The translations under genes were made by a program, and so were the position numbers. Under the pieces are notes generated by a model that saw only the letters and a list, made by a program, of their open reading frames with translations, did not search any database and was not told the origin of the DNA. A stretch of DNA of 64,000 nt from an uncultured Gammaproteobacteria bacterium (GTDB taxonomy: Bacteria > Pseudomonadota > Gammaproteobacteria > UBA9214): assembly GCA_963748215.1 (NCBI GenBank), contig CAVVHS010000005.1, positions 160,001 through 224,000 of the forward strand, written 5' to 3'. The first letter of the stretch is position 1. Every line of letters starts with the position of its first letter. Below are positions 10,101 through 19,868 of the stretch, piece after piece.

Positions 10101-10619
10101 CACGGCAAACCGCGCGATAGCCAGTGCCGTCCCATGGTAGCCGCCGGCCAGCGTCACGGCATCAAAGGCCAGCGGCTCCGCCCCGGGTGCGCCGACAATC
10201 ACCAGTTCCTGAACGGACAGATCCTGCACCTCGAGGGCCACCGGCAGGCTGATACGGTCCGGCAGCTGCAGTGGCTCGCCATTGCCCGCCGCACGCTGTT
10301 CATAGCGCACGCCCTCGCCGGCCAGTCGCTCGATTCGCAACAGCTTGTCGAGCAGTGCCGCCGGCGACCAGTCGAGCTGTAACGACCGGGCCTCAAACAG
10401 CAATTGCCCGGATTCGTAGTGGACATCCGTCAGCCGGATCGAACCGGCCAGACGCCCCTGCACAGTGCCGATCGCGAGCTCCGGTACCACCGGGCCGATG
10501 AGCTGGCGCCACAACAGCCGCAGCCCGGACTCGGTGCCTGCCAGCCAGCCGAGCAACGCCAGCACCAGCAGCAACAGGGCGAGGATTCCCGGCAGAATGC
10601 GGCGTAACAGCAGGCTCAC
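7140..10619 (-). CDS. tamB: Translocation and assembly module TamB
   Basis: 1159 aa, N-terminal anchor, C-terminal DUF490-type motifs (VGKYLTPELFVSYG); directly downstream of tamA. Confidence 0.92.
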   Translation of the reverse strand: MSLLLRRILPGILALLLLVLALLGWLAGTESGLRLLWRQLIGPVVPELAIGTVQGRLAGSIRLTDVHYESGQLLFEARSLQLDWSPAALLDKLLRIERLAGEGVRYEQRAAGNGEPLQLPDRISLPVALEVQDLSVQELVIVGAPGAEPLAFDAVTLAGGYHGTALAIARFAVRHAAVAVDGALGLQTQDDFPVSGEVSWQAELPDYAPLAAQAAVSGSLRALHVELTAAAPYALLLDLTLHEPLDVLRLDATATLQDSDLAAINAAWPGMRLAGTLTAQGPTDALQLDGALDVQDPLAGALQLVFAGQLLPDALQVDRLQLAAQEQPTRLDAQGRIGFGAQPVFDFEAQWQALAWPLTGTPEYASQQGRFTLAGTADAYRLDASGDLKVLEVLAGDLLLRARSGATPDSWQIEQARLSGGKSHIEASGQVGSLFDLEWRISAPRLGDLVPQASGRLDGGGTLKGKLPEPALNVRASGAGLAFQDYRLGVLDVDGVLNLAAGQPSRLKATLADVRVPGVVVMKASVTGEGTTAQHHVSLAAETDQGNAEIDVNGRWDGAAWQFDLRHAVLARSPLAPWQLVQPVAGELSGTRLRLPEHCWSSTQARACGRFEGGAQEFAGDFTLAALPLAYFSGLLPERVKLQGDLSGRGEFGRLAGQSTTLAMQLDSTPIQLDLPQDEAGQEQQFSFAPARAAFSLARNKATLSVDLPLADSPGGVHASADLAIPAAGGWLQGSLLGELSLDWPDIGLLSRWTPEVRELHGRIDGRMQIEGTPAAPRLQGRLALSEGAAALVTPGLELQDVGVELAGQPAGDIRITASARSGGGTLQIDGFANPVERTATLAVRGEKFQVVNTPEARVFTTPDLQLAVDSEQASITGRIDIPSAQLRPRSPPPSAVGVSPDQVIVEEGGQDATQARYPVTARVRIVLGDAVDIEGLGLSGKLHGDVQVIDLPVQPATASGELSISDGRYEAYGQQLAIRTGRLLFSGGAVTEPGLDIEAVRKPAPDVLVGVRARGQLRAPKFTVFSEPAMPQSQQLSWLVLGRPLQGGASDSQRSAMQTAALMLGMSGGESIGKKLGEELGFDEVTLGSNPGEGVTQASLLVGKYLTPELFVSYGIGLFEPVSTLSLRYALSSRWKLVGSASALESAADLIYEIERRK

Positions 10620-12439
10620 AGGTCGGGTCCGATGCTGATGTGCAGGCGGAAATTGTTGTCCGGGTCGTCGAACGGGTGCGCCAGGTCGACCCGCAGCATG
10701 CCGACCGGACTGCGCCAGCGAAATCCGATACCTGCGCCAAGCTTGGGCTGCGGCAGGAAACTGTCGTCGGCGTTGCCGGCATCGACGAACACGGCGGCGC
10801 CGAAATTACCGACGAACAGATAGTCCATCTCAATACTGCCAACCGCCAGGTACTGGCCACCGATCACCTCGCCGCTGCTGTCGACCGGCGCCAGTTTCTG
10901 GTAGTCGTAGCCGCGCACGCTCTGGTCGCCACCGGCAAAGAAACGCTCCGAGGCCGGCAACTTGTCGAAGTCGTCGACCGTGGTGTAACCGAGCTGCCCA
11001 CGGCCAATCAGACGCCCCTTGCTGCCCAGTGGATACACGCCACGCAGGCCGGCCTCAGTGCGGACAAAGCGGGTCGCCGAAATCAATCCGGGTGAACCGC
11101 GCAGGTCGGCGTTGAAGCTGTAGCCGCGACGCGGAAACAGCACGTTGTCGCTTTTGAGTTTCGAGATCCCCACGCCGGGAATAAGAAAGTTCACCGTGTC
11201 ATTCTCGGTACCCAGGTCGAAGGTTTCATGCTGGTAGTTGATATACAGACGGCGCTGGAAAGTGCCCAGGCTGACATTCTGGCTGACGCCCAGCTTGTAG
11301 CCGCGTGTAGTGCCGCTGTTCGCCACCTCGGCGTTTTCCAGTTCACCGCCGAACACCAGGCGATCGGAGACGAGGTTACGGATCGGAATCGTGTAGTAAA
11401 CAGCGGCGTTCTGCGCGGGCGCCGAGAGGCGCAGCTCGCTCTTCACGCCGTGCCCGCGCCGGTTGATGCGCGGGTAATTCGCACCCAGCGTCACGCGCGG
11501 CCCGGTATCCGTGCCGAACCCCAGGCCGAGTGAATAGCGGGTATGTGCAGCCGGCAGGGTATGCACGATAACCGGCACACGCTGGTCCTGCGTCTCGCTG
11601 CGCCGCACGTCGAGGTCGACCTGGTCGAAATACCCGCTGTCGCCGAGCGCCAGTTGCAGGTCGAGCAGTTTTCCGGTATCGAACGGCGCACCTTCGTCGA
11701 TGCGCACATACCGGCTGACAAACCCGGGATTGAGAATATCCTGTTCCACGGTTACCGGCCCGAAGTAAAAGCGCAACCCGGTATCGAGGTGCAGGATGGC
11801 ATCCGCACGTTGCGCGGCCGGGTTCACGCGCAACTGCGACTTCGAGTAGCGTGCGTCCAGGTAACCCGCCTTCAGCGCCGCGCTTATGAGCGCTTCCCGG
11901 GTGGCATCGTAGTACGGGTGCTGCAGCCGCTCACCCGCGCGCAGGCGGGTGCTGTTACGCACCTTGTCAAGTTCCGGGTCTGCTGCGCCCGCGCCGCTGA
12001 TCGCGATATCCACCGACTGGAGCAGCACCGCCGGGCCGTGATCGATCCTGTAACTGGCGATCCAGCGCTCGCCCTGCTGCTCGAGCGAGGACTCGATGAC
12101 CGGTTCGTAATAGCCATAGGGCTGCAGTGCCGCACGGATGTCTTTTTCAGCACGCCGGTGCAGTCGACGGATCTCGTCTGCGGCAGGCAACTTTCGCGGC
12201 CCGGTCCTGCCGGGCAGCGGCAGGGGCAGCGGCAGGCCTGGCGTGGTATGTACATACTGCGAAAGTCCCAGGTTTGCACGTACATTGTCCAGCAGCACGC
12301 CCTGCACCCCGCTGATCTTCAGTTCCAGCGTCTGCTGGGCTATAGCCAGGGGCAGGTAGAATAGGCACAACAAAACCGCCACCGACAAGGGTCGGTGGTT
12401 GCGTGCCGGTCTGCAGACACTGGGGCTGGCTGTTTTCAT
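10616..12439 (-). CDS. tamA: Omp85-family autotransporter assembly factor TamA
   Basis: ALQPYGYY POTRA motif, RFFAGGDQSVRGY, GFRWRSPVG, C-terminal IGPDL. Confidence 0.93.
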   Translation of the reverse strand: MKTASPSVCRPARNHRPLSVAVLLCLFYLPLAIAQQTLELKISGVQGVLLDNVRANLGLSQYVHTTPGLPLPLPLPGRTGPRKLPAADEIRRLHRRAEKDIRAALQPYGYYEPVIESSLEQQGERWIASYRIDHGPAVLLQSVDIAISGAGAADPELDKVRNSTRLRAGERLQHPYYDATREALISAALKAGYLDARYSKSQLRVNPAAQRADAILHLDTGLRFYFGPVTVEQDILNPGFVSRYVRIDEGAPFDTGKLLDLQLALGDSGYFDQVDLDVRRSETQDQRVPVIVHTLPAAHTRYSLGLGFGTDTGPRVTLGANYPRINRRGHGVKSELRLSAPAQNAAVYYTIPIRNLVSDRLVFGGELENAEVANSGTTRGYKLGVSQNVSLGTFQRRLYINYQHETFDLGTENDTVNFLIPGVGISKLKSDNVLFPRRGYSFNADLRGSPGLISATRFVRTEAGLRGVYPLGSKGRLIGRGQLGYTTVDDFDKLPASERFFAGGDQSVRGYDYQKLAPVDSSGEVIGGQYLAVGSIEMDYLFVGNFGAAVFVDAGNADDSFLPQPKLGAGIGFRWRSPVGMLRVDLAHPFDDPDNNFRLHISIGPDL

Positions 12440-12615
12440 GGTCGTGGCATGATACTCGCCCGTGCGGGCATTGACAGCAGGCGGTCTTTTCCAGTAAGTG
12501 CGCTGCCAGTATTCGAGCCGAACTTCACAGGGGCGGAGCTGTCAGTACCCTCTACTGGTACTGTTGGACCATAATCAATATCCTGCGTAAAGACTGACGA
12601 CCCGACAGGGGCCAT

Positions 12616-13695
12616 ATGAATCACCTTAATCACCTGCGCCTGCTGCTTGCCGGCACGGCATTGCTGGGGGCTGCAACCATGGCGGCCGACCCGTCGCCAA
12701 CCGGTGTGATCGTCGCGCCCGCCCGCCTGGTCGAGTTCGCCGACCGCGTCGAGGCCCTTGGCACGCTGGCGGCCAATGAGTCTGTCGCGCTCACCGCCAC
12801 GGTCACGGAAACCGTCAGCGTCCTGCACTTCGACGACGGTGACCGGGTCGAACAGGGCCAGGTGCTGGCCGAGATGACCAGCCGCGAGGAACATGCCCAG
12901 CTCGAAGAGGCGCGCGCCACCGTCAACGAGGCCCGGCGCCAGTACCAGCGCATCAAGTCCCTGGAGGCCGAGGGCACGGCGGCGAAGTCGCTGCTCGACG
13001 AGCGCCAGCGCGAGTGGGAAACCGCGCGAGCACGCCTGACCGCGTTCGAATCACGACTGGCCGACCGCCTGATCAAGGCGCCGTTTGCCGGCATCGTCGG
13101 CCTGCGCGACCTGAGCGTCGGCGCACTGGTTCAACCCGGCGACCTGATCACCACGCTGGATGACGACAGCGTCATGAAACTGGAATTCCCGATCTCCGCC
13201 ACCTATCTCGATGTGCTGCATCCCGGCCTGCAGGTGGTTGCTACCAGCCGCGCCTTCGCCGGGCGCAACTTCGAGGGCAGCGTCAAGGCCGTGGACAGCC
13301 GCATCGACCCGGTGACCCGCTCCATCCGCGTGCGCGCCCTGCTGCCCAATCCTGATCACCTGCTCAAACCGGGCATGCTGATGCATGTCGTGCTGCAGAA
13401 AGACCCGCGCACGGCACTGGTCATACCGGAAGAATCACTGATCCCCCTGGGCAAGCAGCAGTTCGTGTACATCGTCACCCCGAAGAACACGATCGAACAG
13501 CGCGAAATCCACATCGGCGGGCGCCGGCCCGGCCTGGTCGAGGTGGTGGACGGTCTCGCCCCTGACGAACAGGTCGTCACCCACGGTCACCTGCAGGTAC
13601 GTCCCGGCCAGGCGGTCACGATCACGACCGTCGACGATGGCGGCCGTACGCTGCCCGAGCTGCTGCGCGCCCTGCCCGGCGGCGACACCAGATGA
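12616..13695 (+). CDS. RND efflux periplasmic adaptor subunit
   Basis: IKAPFAG, IDPVTRS, LKPGM motifs; overlaps start of RND permease. Confidence 0.93.
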   Translation: MNHLNHLRLLLAGTALLGAATMAADPSPTGVIVAPARLVEFADRVEALGTLAANESVALTATVTETVSVLHFDDGDRVEQGQVLAEMTSREEHAQLEEARATVNEARRQYQRIKSLEAEGTAAKSLLDERQREWETARARLTAFESRLADRLIKAPFAGIVGLRDLSVGALVQPGDLITTLDDDSVMKLEFPISATYLDVLHPGLQVVATSRAFAGRNFEGSVKAVDSRIDPVTRSIRVRALLPNPDHLLKPGMLMHVVLQKDPRTALVIPEESLIPLGKQQFVYIVTPKNTIEQREIHIGGRRPGLVEVVDGLAPDEQVVTHGHLQVRPGQAVTITTVDDGGRTLPELLRALPGGDTR

Positions 13696-16600
13696 TCCTG
13701 TCCGATGTCTCGGTCACCCGGCCGGTATTCGCATCGGTCATGTCGCTATTGCTGATCGCCTTTGGCCTGGTGTCGTTCGACCGCCTGCCGCTGCGCGAAT
13801 ACCCGGATATCGACCCGCCGATTGTCACGGTCGATACCAGTTACCCCGGCGCTGCCGCCAACGTGGTGGAAAACCGCATCACCGAACTCATCGAGGACCG
13901 CATCTCGGGCATCGAGGGCATCCGCTTCATCGACTCCACCAGCGAGGACGGTCGCTCGCGAATTACCGTGGAATTCGGCATCGATCGCGATATCGACGCC
14001 GCTGCCAATGACATCCGCGACCGCGTGTCCGCCATTCTCGATGACCTGCCCGACGAGGCCGACCCGCCGGACATCCAGAAGGAAGACAGCAACGAAGACG
14101 TGATCATGTGGCTGAACCTGGCGGGCGAAGGCATGACCATCCCGGAGCTGACCGACTATGCCCGGCGCTACCTGCAGGACCGCTTCTCGGTGCTGGACGG
14201 TGTGGCCCGGGTGCGCATCGGTGGCGGCCAGGTCTACGCCATGCGCATCTGGCTGGACCAGCGCGAGCTGGCGGCGCGCAACCTGACCGTGGCGGACGTG
14301 GAAGCGGCGCTGCGTGCCGAGAACCTGGAACTGCCGGCCGGCAGCATCGACTCCGAGAACCGCCAGTTCACCGTGCGCACCGAACGCACCTTCCAGACCG
14401 CGGACGACTTCGCGCGGCTGGTGCTGGCGCGCGGCGAGGACGGTTACCTGGTCAGGCTCGGCGATGTCGCGCGCGTGGAACGCGGCACCTCCGAAGACCG
14501 GCTGTTCTTCCGCGGCAACACCGTGCCGATGGTAGGCATCGGCATCACCAAGCAGTCGACCGCCAATACGCTGGCCGTGGCCAAGGCAGCCAAGGCGGAA
14601 ATGGCGCGCATCAATACCATGCTGCCGGCGGGCCTGGCCATCAAGCAGAGCTACGACAGCTCGGTGTTCGTGGAAGGTGCTATCCACGAGGTCTACAAGA
14701 CCCTGTTCATCGCCATCGCCATGGTGGTCGGCGTCATCTACCTGTTCCTGGGCAGCCTGCGCGCCATGCTGGTGCCGGCCGTGACCGTGCCGGTGTCCCT
14801 GGTCGCCACCTTCATGGTGCTGCTGGCGCTGGATTTCTCGCTCAACATACTGACCCTGCTGGCGCTGGTGCTGGCCATCGGCCTGGTGGTGGACGACGCC
14901 ATCGTGGTGATCGAGAACATTCACCGGCGCATGCAGCAGCACGGCGAAACGCGCCTGGTGGCAGCGTTCCGCGGCACGCGCCAGGTCGGCTTCGCCGTCA
15001 TCGCCACCACGGTGGTGCTGGTGGCGGTGTTCGTGCCGATCGCCTTCCTGCAGGGTGACATCGGCCGCCTGTTTGCCGAGTTCGCGCTGACCATGGCGGC
15101 GGCCGTGTCATTCTCCAGTTTTGTCGCGCTGTCGCTCTCGCCCATGCTGGCCTCGAAAATCCTGCCGCAGGATGCCCGGCATTCGCGCCTGTCCAGTCTG
15201 GTGGATCGCCTGTTCGGCAAGGTGCGGCGCGGCTATCACACCCTGCTGCAGGGTGCGCTGCGGCGCAGCTGGATCGTCGGCCTGGTGTTCGTCGGCATAC
15301 TGGGCGGCTCGGTATGGCTGTACCAGGCCATCCCCGATGAATACGCGCCCAAGGAAGACCGCGGTGTCTTCTACCTGATGGTGACCGGCCCGGAAGGTAC
15401 CTCCTATCCCTATATCGCCGCCTACATGACCGAGATCGAGCGGCGCCTGATGCCGCTGGTCGAGAACGGCGAGATCTCGCGCATGCTGGTGCGCGCGCCG
15501 CGCGGCTTCGGCAATTTCGAGATCTTCAACACCGGCATCGTCATCAATGTGCTCAGCGACTGGTCGAAGCGCCGCTCGGCCTGGGACATCATGGATGACG
15601 TGCGCCAGCGGCTGAAGGACCTGCCCGGCGTGCGCGCCTTTCCGGTCATGCGCCAGGGTTTCGGGGCACGCATCCAGAAACCGGTGCAGTTCGTCATCGG
15701 CGGCGGCACCTACGAACAGCTGGCGCAGTGGCGCGACACCCTGGTGGAAAAGATCAACGCGAACAATCCCGGGCTGACCGGCCTTGACTGGGACTACAAG
15801 GAGACCAAGCCGCAACTGCGCGTGAATATCGACTACGACCGCGCCGCCGAGCTCGGTGTCACCATCGGCAGCATCGGGCGCACGCTGGAAACCCTGCTTG
15901 GTTCGCGCCGCGTCACCACCTACATCGACGCCGGCGAGGAATACGACGTGATCCTGGAAGGCGAACGCGACACCCAGCGCACGCCATCGAGCATGGAAAA
16001 CATCTACGTGCGCTCGGAGCGCACGCAACAACTGATACCGCTCTCCAACCTGGTACAGCTCGAGGAGTTTGCCGATTCGATCCAGCTGAACCGCTACAAC
16101 CGGGTGCGCGCCATCACGCTGGAGGCCAATCTCGCCGATGGCGTGTCACTGGGCGATGCACTGCGCAGCCTCGAACAGATGGCAAGGGATTACCTGCCCA
16201 GCGAGGTCATCATCGACTACAAGGGGCAGTCACAGGATTACAAGTCATCCGGCGGCTCGATCCTGTTTACCTTCCTGCTCGGTGTCGTGGTGGTGTTCCT
16301 GGTACTGGCCGCACAGTTCGAAAGCTGGGTGCATCCGTTCGTCATCATGCTGACCGTGCCGCTGGCCATGGCCGGGGCCCTGCTGGGGCTGTTCGTTACC
16401 GGGCAGACACTCAATATCTACAGCCAGATCGGCCTGATCATGCTGGTCGGCCTGGCGGCCAAGAACGGTATCCTGATCGTGGAATTCGCCAACCAGTTGC
16501 GCGATGCCGGCCGGCCGTTCCGCGAGGCCCTCATCGAGGCCTCCGAAATCCGCCTGCGCCCGATCATCATGACGGGCATTACAACCGCCGCCGCCTCCGT

Positions 16601-16799
16601 GCCGCTGCTGCTGTCATCCGGCGCGGGCACGGAAACCCGCACCGTCATCGGCACCGTGGTCCTGTTCGGCATCCTGTCGGCGACCTTCTTCACCATTATT
16701 GTCGTGCCGGTAGCCTATGACCTGCTGGCCCGGCACACCGGCTCGCCAAAGCGCGTACGGCGCCAGCTGGACGAGGAACTGGCATCGAGCGATAAGTAG
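13692..16799 (+). CDS. RND efflux permease (AcrB/AcrD/AcrF family)
   Basis: 1035 aa; GLVVDDAIVVIEN, AKNGILIVEFAN, RLRPIIMT. Confidence 0.95.
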   Translation: MILSDVSVTRPVFASVMSLLLIAFGLVSFDRLPLREYPDIDPPIVTVDTSYPGAAANVVENRITELIEDRISGIEGIRFIDSTSEDGRSRITVEFGIDRDIDAAANDIRDRVSAILDDLPDEADPPDIQKEDSNEDVIMWLNLAGEGMTIPELTDYARRYLQDRFSVLDGVARVRIGGGQVYAMRIWLDQRELAARNLTVADVEAALRAENLELPAGSIDSENRQFTVRTERTFQTADDFARLVLARGEDGYLVRLGDVARVERGTSEDRLFFRGNTVPMVGIGITKQSTANTLAVAKAAKAEMARINTMLPAGLAIKQSYDSSVFVEGAIHEVYKTLFIAIAMVVGVIYLFLGSLRAMLVPAVTVPVSLVATFMVLLALDFSLNILTLLALVLAIGLVVDDAIVVIENIHRRMQQHGETRLVAAFRGTRQVGFAVIATTVVLVAVFVPIAFLQGDIGRLFAEFALTMAAAVSFSSFVALSLSPMLASKILPQDARHSRLSSLVDRLFGKVRRGYHTLLQGALRRSWIVGLVFVGILGGSVWLYQAIPDEYAPKEDRGVFYLMVTGPEGTSYPYIAAYMTEIERRLMPLVENGEISRMLVRAPRGFGNFEIFNTGIVINVLSDWSKRRSAWDIMDDVRQRLKDLPGVRAFPVMRQGFGARIQKPVQFVIGGGTYEQLAQWRDTLVEKINANNPGLTGLDWDYKETKPQLRVNIDYDRAAELGVTIGSIGRTLETLLGSRRVTTYIDAGEEYDVILEGERDTQRTPSSMENIYVRSERTQQLIPLSNLVQLEEFADSIQLNRYNRVRAITLEANLADGVSLGDALRSLEQMARDYLPSEVIIDYKGQSQDYKSSGGSILFTFLLGVVVVFLVLAAQFESWVHPFVIMLTVPLAMAGALLGLFVTGQTLNIYSQIGLIMLVGLAAKNGILIVEFANQLRDAGRPFREALIEASEIRLRPIIMTGITTAAASVPLLLSSGAGTETRTVIGTVVLFGILSATFFTIIVVPVAYDLLARHTGSPKRVRRQLDEELASSDK
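16623..16770 (+). repeat. Direct repeat A, copy 1 (3' end of RND permease gene)
   Basis: Matches 23163-23310 (offset 6540) with 3 substitutions by eye. Confidence 0.92.
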
Positions 16800-17219
16800 C
16801 GCCTCCCGTCGGGTTGGCTGCAGGTATGCGGCATAGCTCACGGATGTGCAGGGTGGTGATGCCTCGCACAACCCTGCCGGCATCTCCCCGGGGCGTTTCC
16901 TCGCCTGTGCACGAATCCGGAGCACCCGTCATGAATAGGCAATGATATCGTCATCCGGAGAACCGACACCCTGTCGAAAACGTCTTTTACCTGAAGCGTA
17001 GTCGCCCGGAGCATCGACTGCATGGCTGGCACGCTGCCCCATCGGCAAACCCGGCATCGGCGTATTTTTCAGCCAGCCGCTCTTCACCTTCCACTAATAT
17101 CCTCATGCAACAGCCAACCGGATCAGGCTTGCCTCGTTTGTATCCTGCACGGGCCTCACCTAGAATCAGATACGGACAGACTCATGTTCTGTCTGCAGCC
17201 AGGTAGAGGATATAACAAC

Positions 17220-17741
17220 ATGTACTCACACCTGTACACGGTGGCCGGCATCCTGATGCTGGGCACAGTGGTAAACCTCGCGGCAGATGCAGCACAGCCC
17301 CAGACTGCCGGGACGGAAGCCGGCCTCCCTTTTCCTTCCAGCACCCCGGAGGACACCAGCGGTGAGACGGCGGCTGCCTCTGATGTCCGCCCGATGCCCG
17401 GCGAATTGAAACGCCTCGAGGACCTCAACCTGTTATCCACGGCGCTGGTGACCAAGGCCGGATCCGGGTCAGCAGCAGCGCACAAGTTCCGGCTAGAGGC
17501 GCGCATGTATCGCGAGCTGTTGCGACAGGCAATGCTCAGCAACCGCGAGCAGCCCGCAAACCGGCAGTTGCCGCAGCCACTGCTGCTGGACATGGTGCGC
17601 ATGTCAGCGCTGCTGCATTCGGCTGCTGACTGCAAGACAGGATTTATCATCAGCTGTCCCGCCGATCTCATGCGACAGCTCCAGTCACAGCAGGCCAGGG
17701 TTACACAAGGCCTGAAGATGGCCAGGATGATGTATGACTAG
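17220..17741 (+). CDS. Hypothetical exported protein
   Basis: ORF 17022-17741; ATG at 17220 gives a signal-peptide-like start; C-terminal CKTGFIISC. Confidence 0.55.
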   Translation: MYSHLYTVAGILMLGTVVNLAADAAQPQTAGTEAGLPFPSSTPEDTSGETAAASDVRPMPGELKRLEDLNLLSTALVTKAGSGSAAAHKFRLEARMYRELLRQAMLSNREQPANRQLPQPLLLDMVRMSALLHSAADCKTGFIISCPADLMRQLQSQQARVTQGLKMARMMYD

Positions 17742-17750
17742 TTTTCCGCG

Positions 17751-18881
17751 GTGAACGCGATCTGGCACCAGTTCGCAACAACGGTTTGGCAGATTGTCAA
17801 CGAATCCGCCTTCTGGCTGATCGCCAGCCTGCTGATTGGCGGCCTGGTGCACGAGTTTCTGCCTTCGAGCCGCTTCCGCGAACTGCTGAACCGCAAGGGC
17901 CAGGTCGGCATGTTTGGCGCCATCGCGTTCGGCGCCATTCTGCCGATCTGCAGCTGCGGCGTCATTCCACTCGCCATCAGCCTGTATCGCTCCGGTGTAC
18001 GACTCGGGCCCGTGATGGCCTTCGCGGCCGCAACGCCCATCATCAATCCCGCCGCGGTGATACTGTCACTGGCCCTGCTCGGCCCGCAGATCACGATAGC
18101 CTATGTCACCCTGGGACTGGTGCTGCCTTACCTGCTTGGGCTGATCGCCGAACGGTGGGGGGAACCACTTGAAGTTAAATCCGTCGCAGAGGTGTCTGCC
18201 TGCTGCAGCGGCACCCAATCATCAGGGCCGGCAGAGTTACCGGCATCCGGAAGCAGGCTGCTACCGCGTATCGCCGCGGGGCTCCGCTGGGGCTTCACAG
18301 ACCTCGGTCCGACGATCGCCTTCTACATGACCATCGGTGTACTGCTGGCAGGTCTGATCGCCGCCTTCCTGCCGACAACGTGGGTGGACAGCTATCTGCG
18401 GGACAGCTCGGGCCTTGCACTGATGGCAGCAGGGGTGCTCGGCGCCAGCATCTACGTTTGCGCGGTCGGGCACATCCCGCTCGTGGCGAGCCTGCTCGCC
18501 ATGGGGGCTGCCCCGGGGATCTCCATTGTGTTTCTGGTAACGGGCACGGCAACCAACCTGCCGGAACTGATTGCACTCTACAACACGATCGGCAGACGGA
18601 CCGTCGTCTTGTACGCTTCGTCGCTGATCGTCGGCGCCATGATTGCGGGTGTGGCCGTCAACGCCTGGCTCATGCCCGGCTTCGCGCCCGTATTCGATCC
18701 CGTACGCAGTCTGGAGCTGGTCGAGGCAGGCGAACGGCTACAGCCGACAACAGGTGCGTTAGTCAGTGCGGTCGCGAGCGCGGTGCTAGTGGCCTTGGCG
18801 GGCTTCGGCACCTGGCGCTGGATCGCGGCGCGCCTCCGGAGCCGCAGCACCAAATCCGACGACAGCTGCTGCTCCGGTTGA
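17751..18881 (+). CDS. DUF318/ArsP-type permease, resembling SaoE
   Basis: LPICSCGVIP, ATPIINP, IYVCAVGHIP, GTATNLPEL motifs; multiple TMs; CC pairs in loop and tail. Confidence 0.8.
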   Translation: MNAIWHQFATTVWQIVNESAFWLIASLLIGGLVHEFLPSSRFRELLNRKGQVGMFGAIAFGAILPICSCGVIPLAISLYRSGVRLGPVMAFAAATPIINPAAVILSLALLGPQITIAYVTLGLVLPYLLGLIAERWGEPLEVKSVAEVSACCSGTQSSGPAELPASGSRLLPRIAAGLRWGFTDLGPTIAFYMTIGVLLAGLIAAFLPTTWVDSYLRDSSGLALMAAGVLGASIYVCAVGHIPLVASLLAMGAAPGISIVFLVTGTATNLPELIALYNTIGRRTVVLYASSLIVGAMIAGVAVNAWLMPGFAPVFDPVRSLELVEAGERLQPTTGALVSAVASAVLVALAGFGTWRWIAARLRSRSTKSDDSCCSG

Positions 18882-19868
18882 AGCCAGCTCGATCAGCTCA
18901 CGTTTCTGTTGCGCGTCCAGCTCGTCGGTTAACAGCTCAGCATAGTTGGGCAACACCCTGCGAAACGCCTCGCGCTCATCCGCATCGACCTCGTAAATGG
19001 CCATGCCGGCTTTTTTCAGTTCAGCCAACGCCGCGGCCTCGCGTTGTTGCGCATCGTTTCGTTGCCAGATGGTGGTTTCACGCACGACTGAGGCGAGTTT
19101 CTCCTTGGTCGCAGGATCGAGGTTAGCCCAGTGCTCCGCAGGTGCAACCAGCACCCACCCCTCGTAACGATGGTTCGTGAGCGACATGGCCAGGTGCACC
19201 CGGTAGAGTTGCTCGCGCACGATCTGCTGCAGTGTCGCGGCCCGGCCAGCGATCAGGCACTCGCTCAGTACCGCTTGCCTGTCTTCCGGGTCGATCCGGC
19301 GGGCACTGGCCTTCCAGTACTGATACTGTTTTTCGGCAACCGGGTCGTGCCGGGTGATCAGGAATTCCCGCGCCTTGAGATTGCGCGCCCGATCGTAGCG
19401 CTTCAGGCCCGAAATGATATGCATGCCCTCGTCCCAGTAGGCAAGCACCTCCCAGCCATGCCTGCGCGCATCATCGGCGAGGTATTTCCCCAACGCGCCA
19501 TCCAGACGCTCGTGCACCGCCTCGAGGCCTGGATAGAAGAAAGGCAGTTCCAGAACCTGGTACGCGCGAACCTGTGTCGCCAGACTGCGCACCGGCATGA
19601 CCAGCAGCTCAGGAAGCGGGTCGGCTGTGCCGGTCAGCGACGCAGCTTCGATGGCAATGTCAATGCCGTGGTCCCTGGCAGCCTGCTGCAGGTGCGCTGC
19701 AGCAACCCACGCGAGATGGGAGTTATCCGCGGGTGCGACGACGGCAACCCGCAGCGTTTCAGTCCCGGAACCGGTTGCGGCGCTGACTGACGCCAGCGCC
19801 GCAACCACGCAACAAAACGACCCGAGCAGACGGGCCAGACGCCTGATCGGTCTAACGGACGATGACAC
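18786..19868 (-). CDS. TRAP-type substrate-binding protein (DctP-like), orphan
   Basis: VLELPFFY, LAYWDEG, SLTNHRY, WANL motifs; signal peptide; no dctQM nearby. Confidence 0.75.
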   Translation of the reverse strand: MSSSVRPIRRLARLLGSFCCVVAALASVSAATGSGTETLRVAVVAPADNSHLAWVAAAHLQQAARDHGIDIAIEAASLTGTADPLPELLVMPVRSLATQVRAYQVLELPFFYPGLEAVHERLDGALGKYLADDARRHGWEVLAYWDEGMHIISGLKRYDRARNLKAREFLITRHDPVAEKQYQYWKASARRIDPEDRQAVLSECLIAGRAATLQQIVREQLYRVHLAMSLTNHRYEGWVLVAPAEHWANLDPATKEKLASVVRETTIWQRNDAQQREAAALAELKKAGMAIYEVDADEREAFRRVLPNYAELLTDELDAQQKRELIELASTGAAAVVGFGAAAPEARRDPAPGAEARQGH

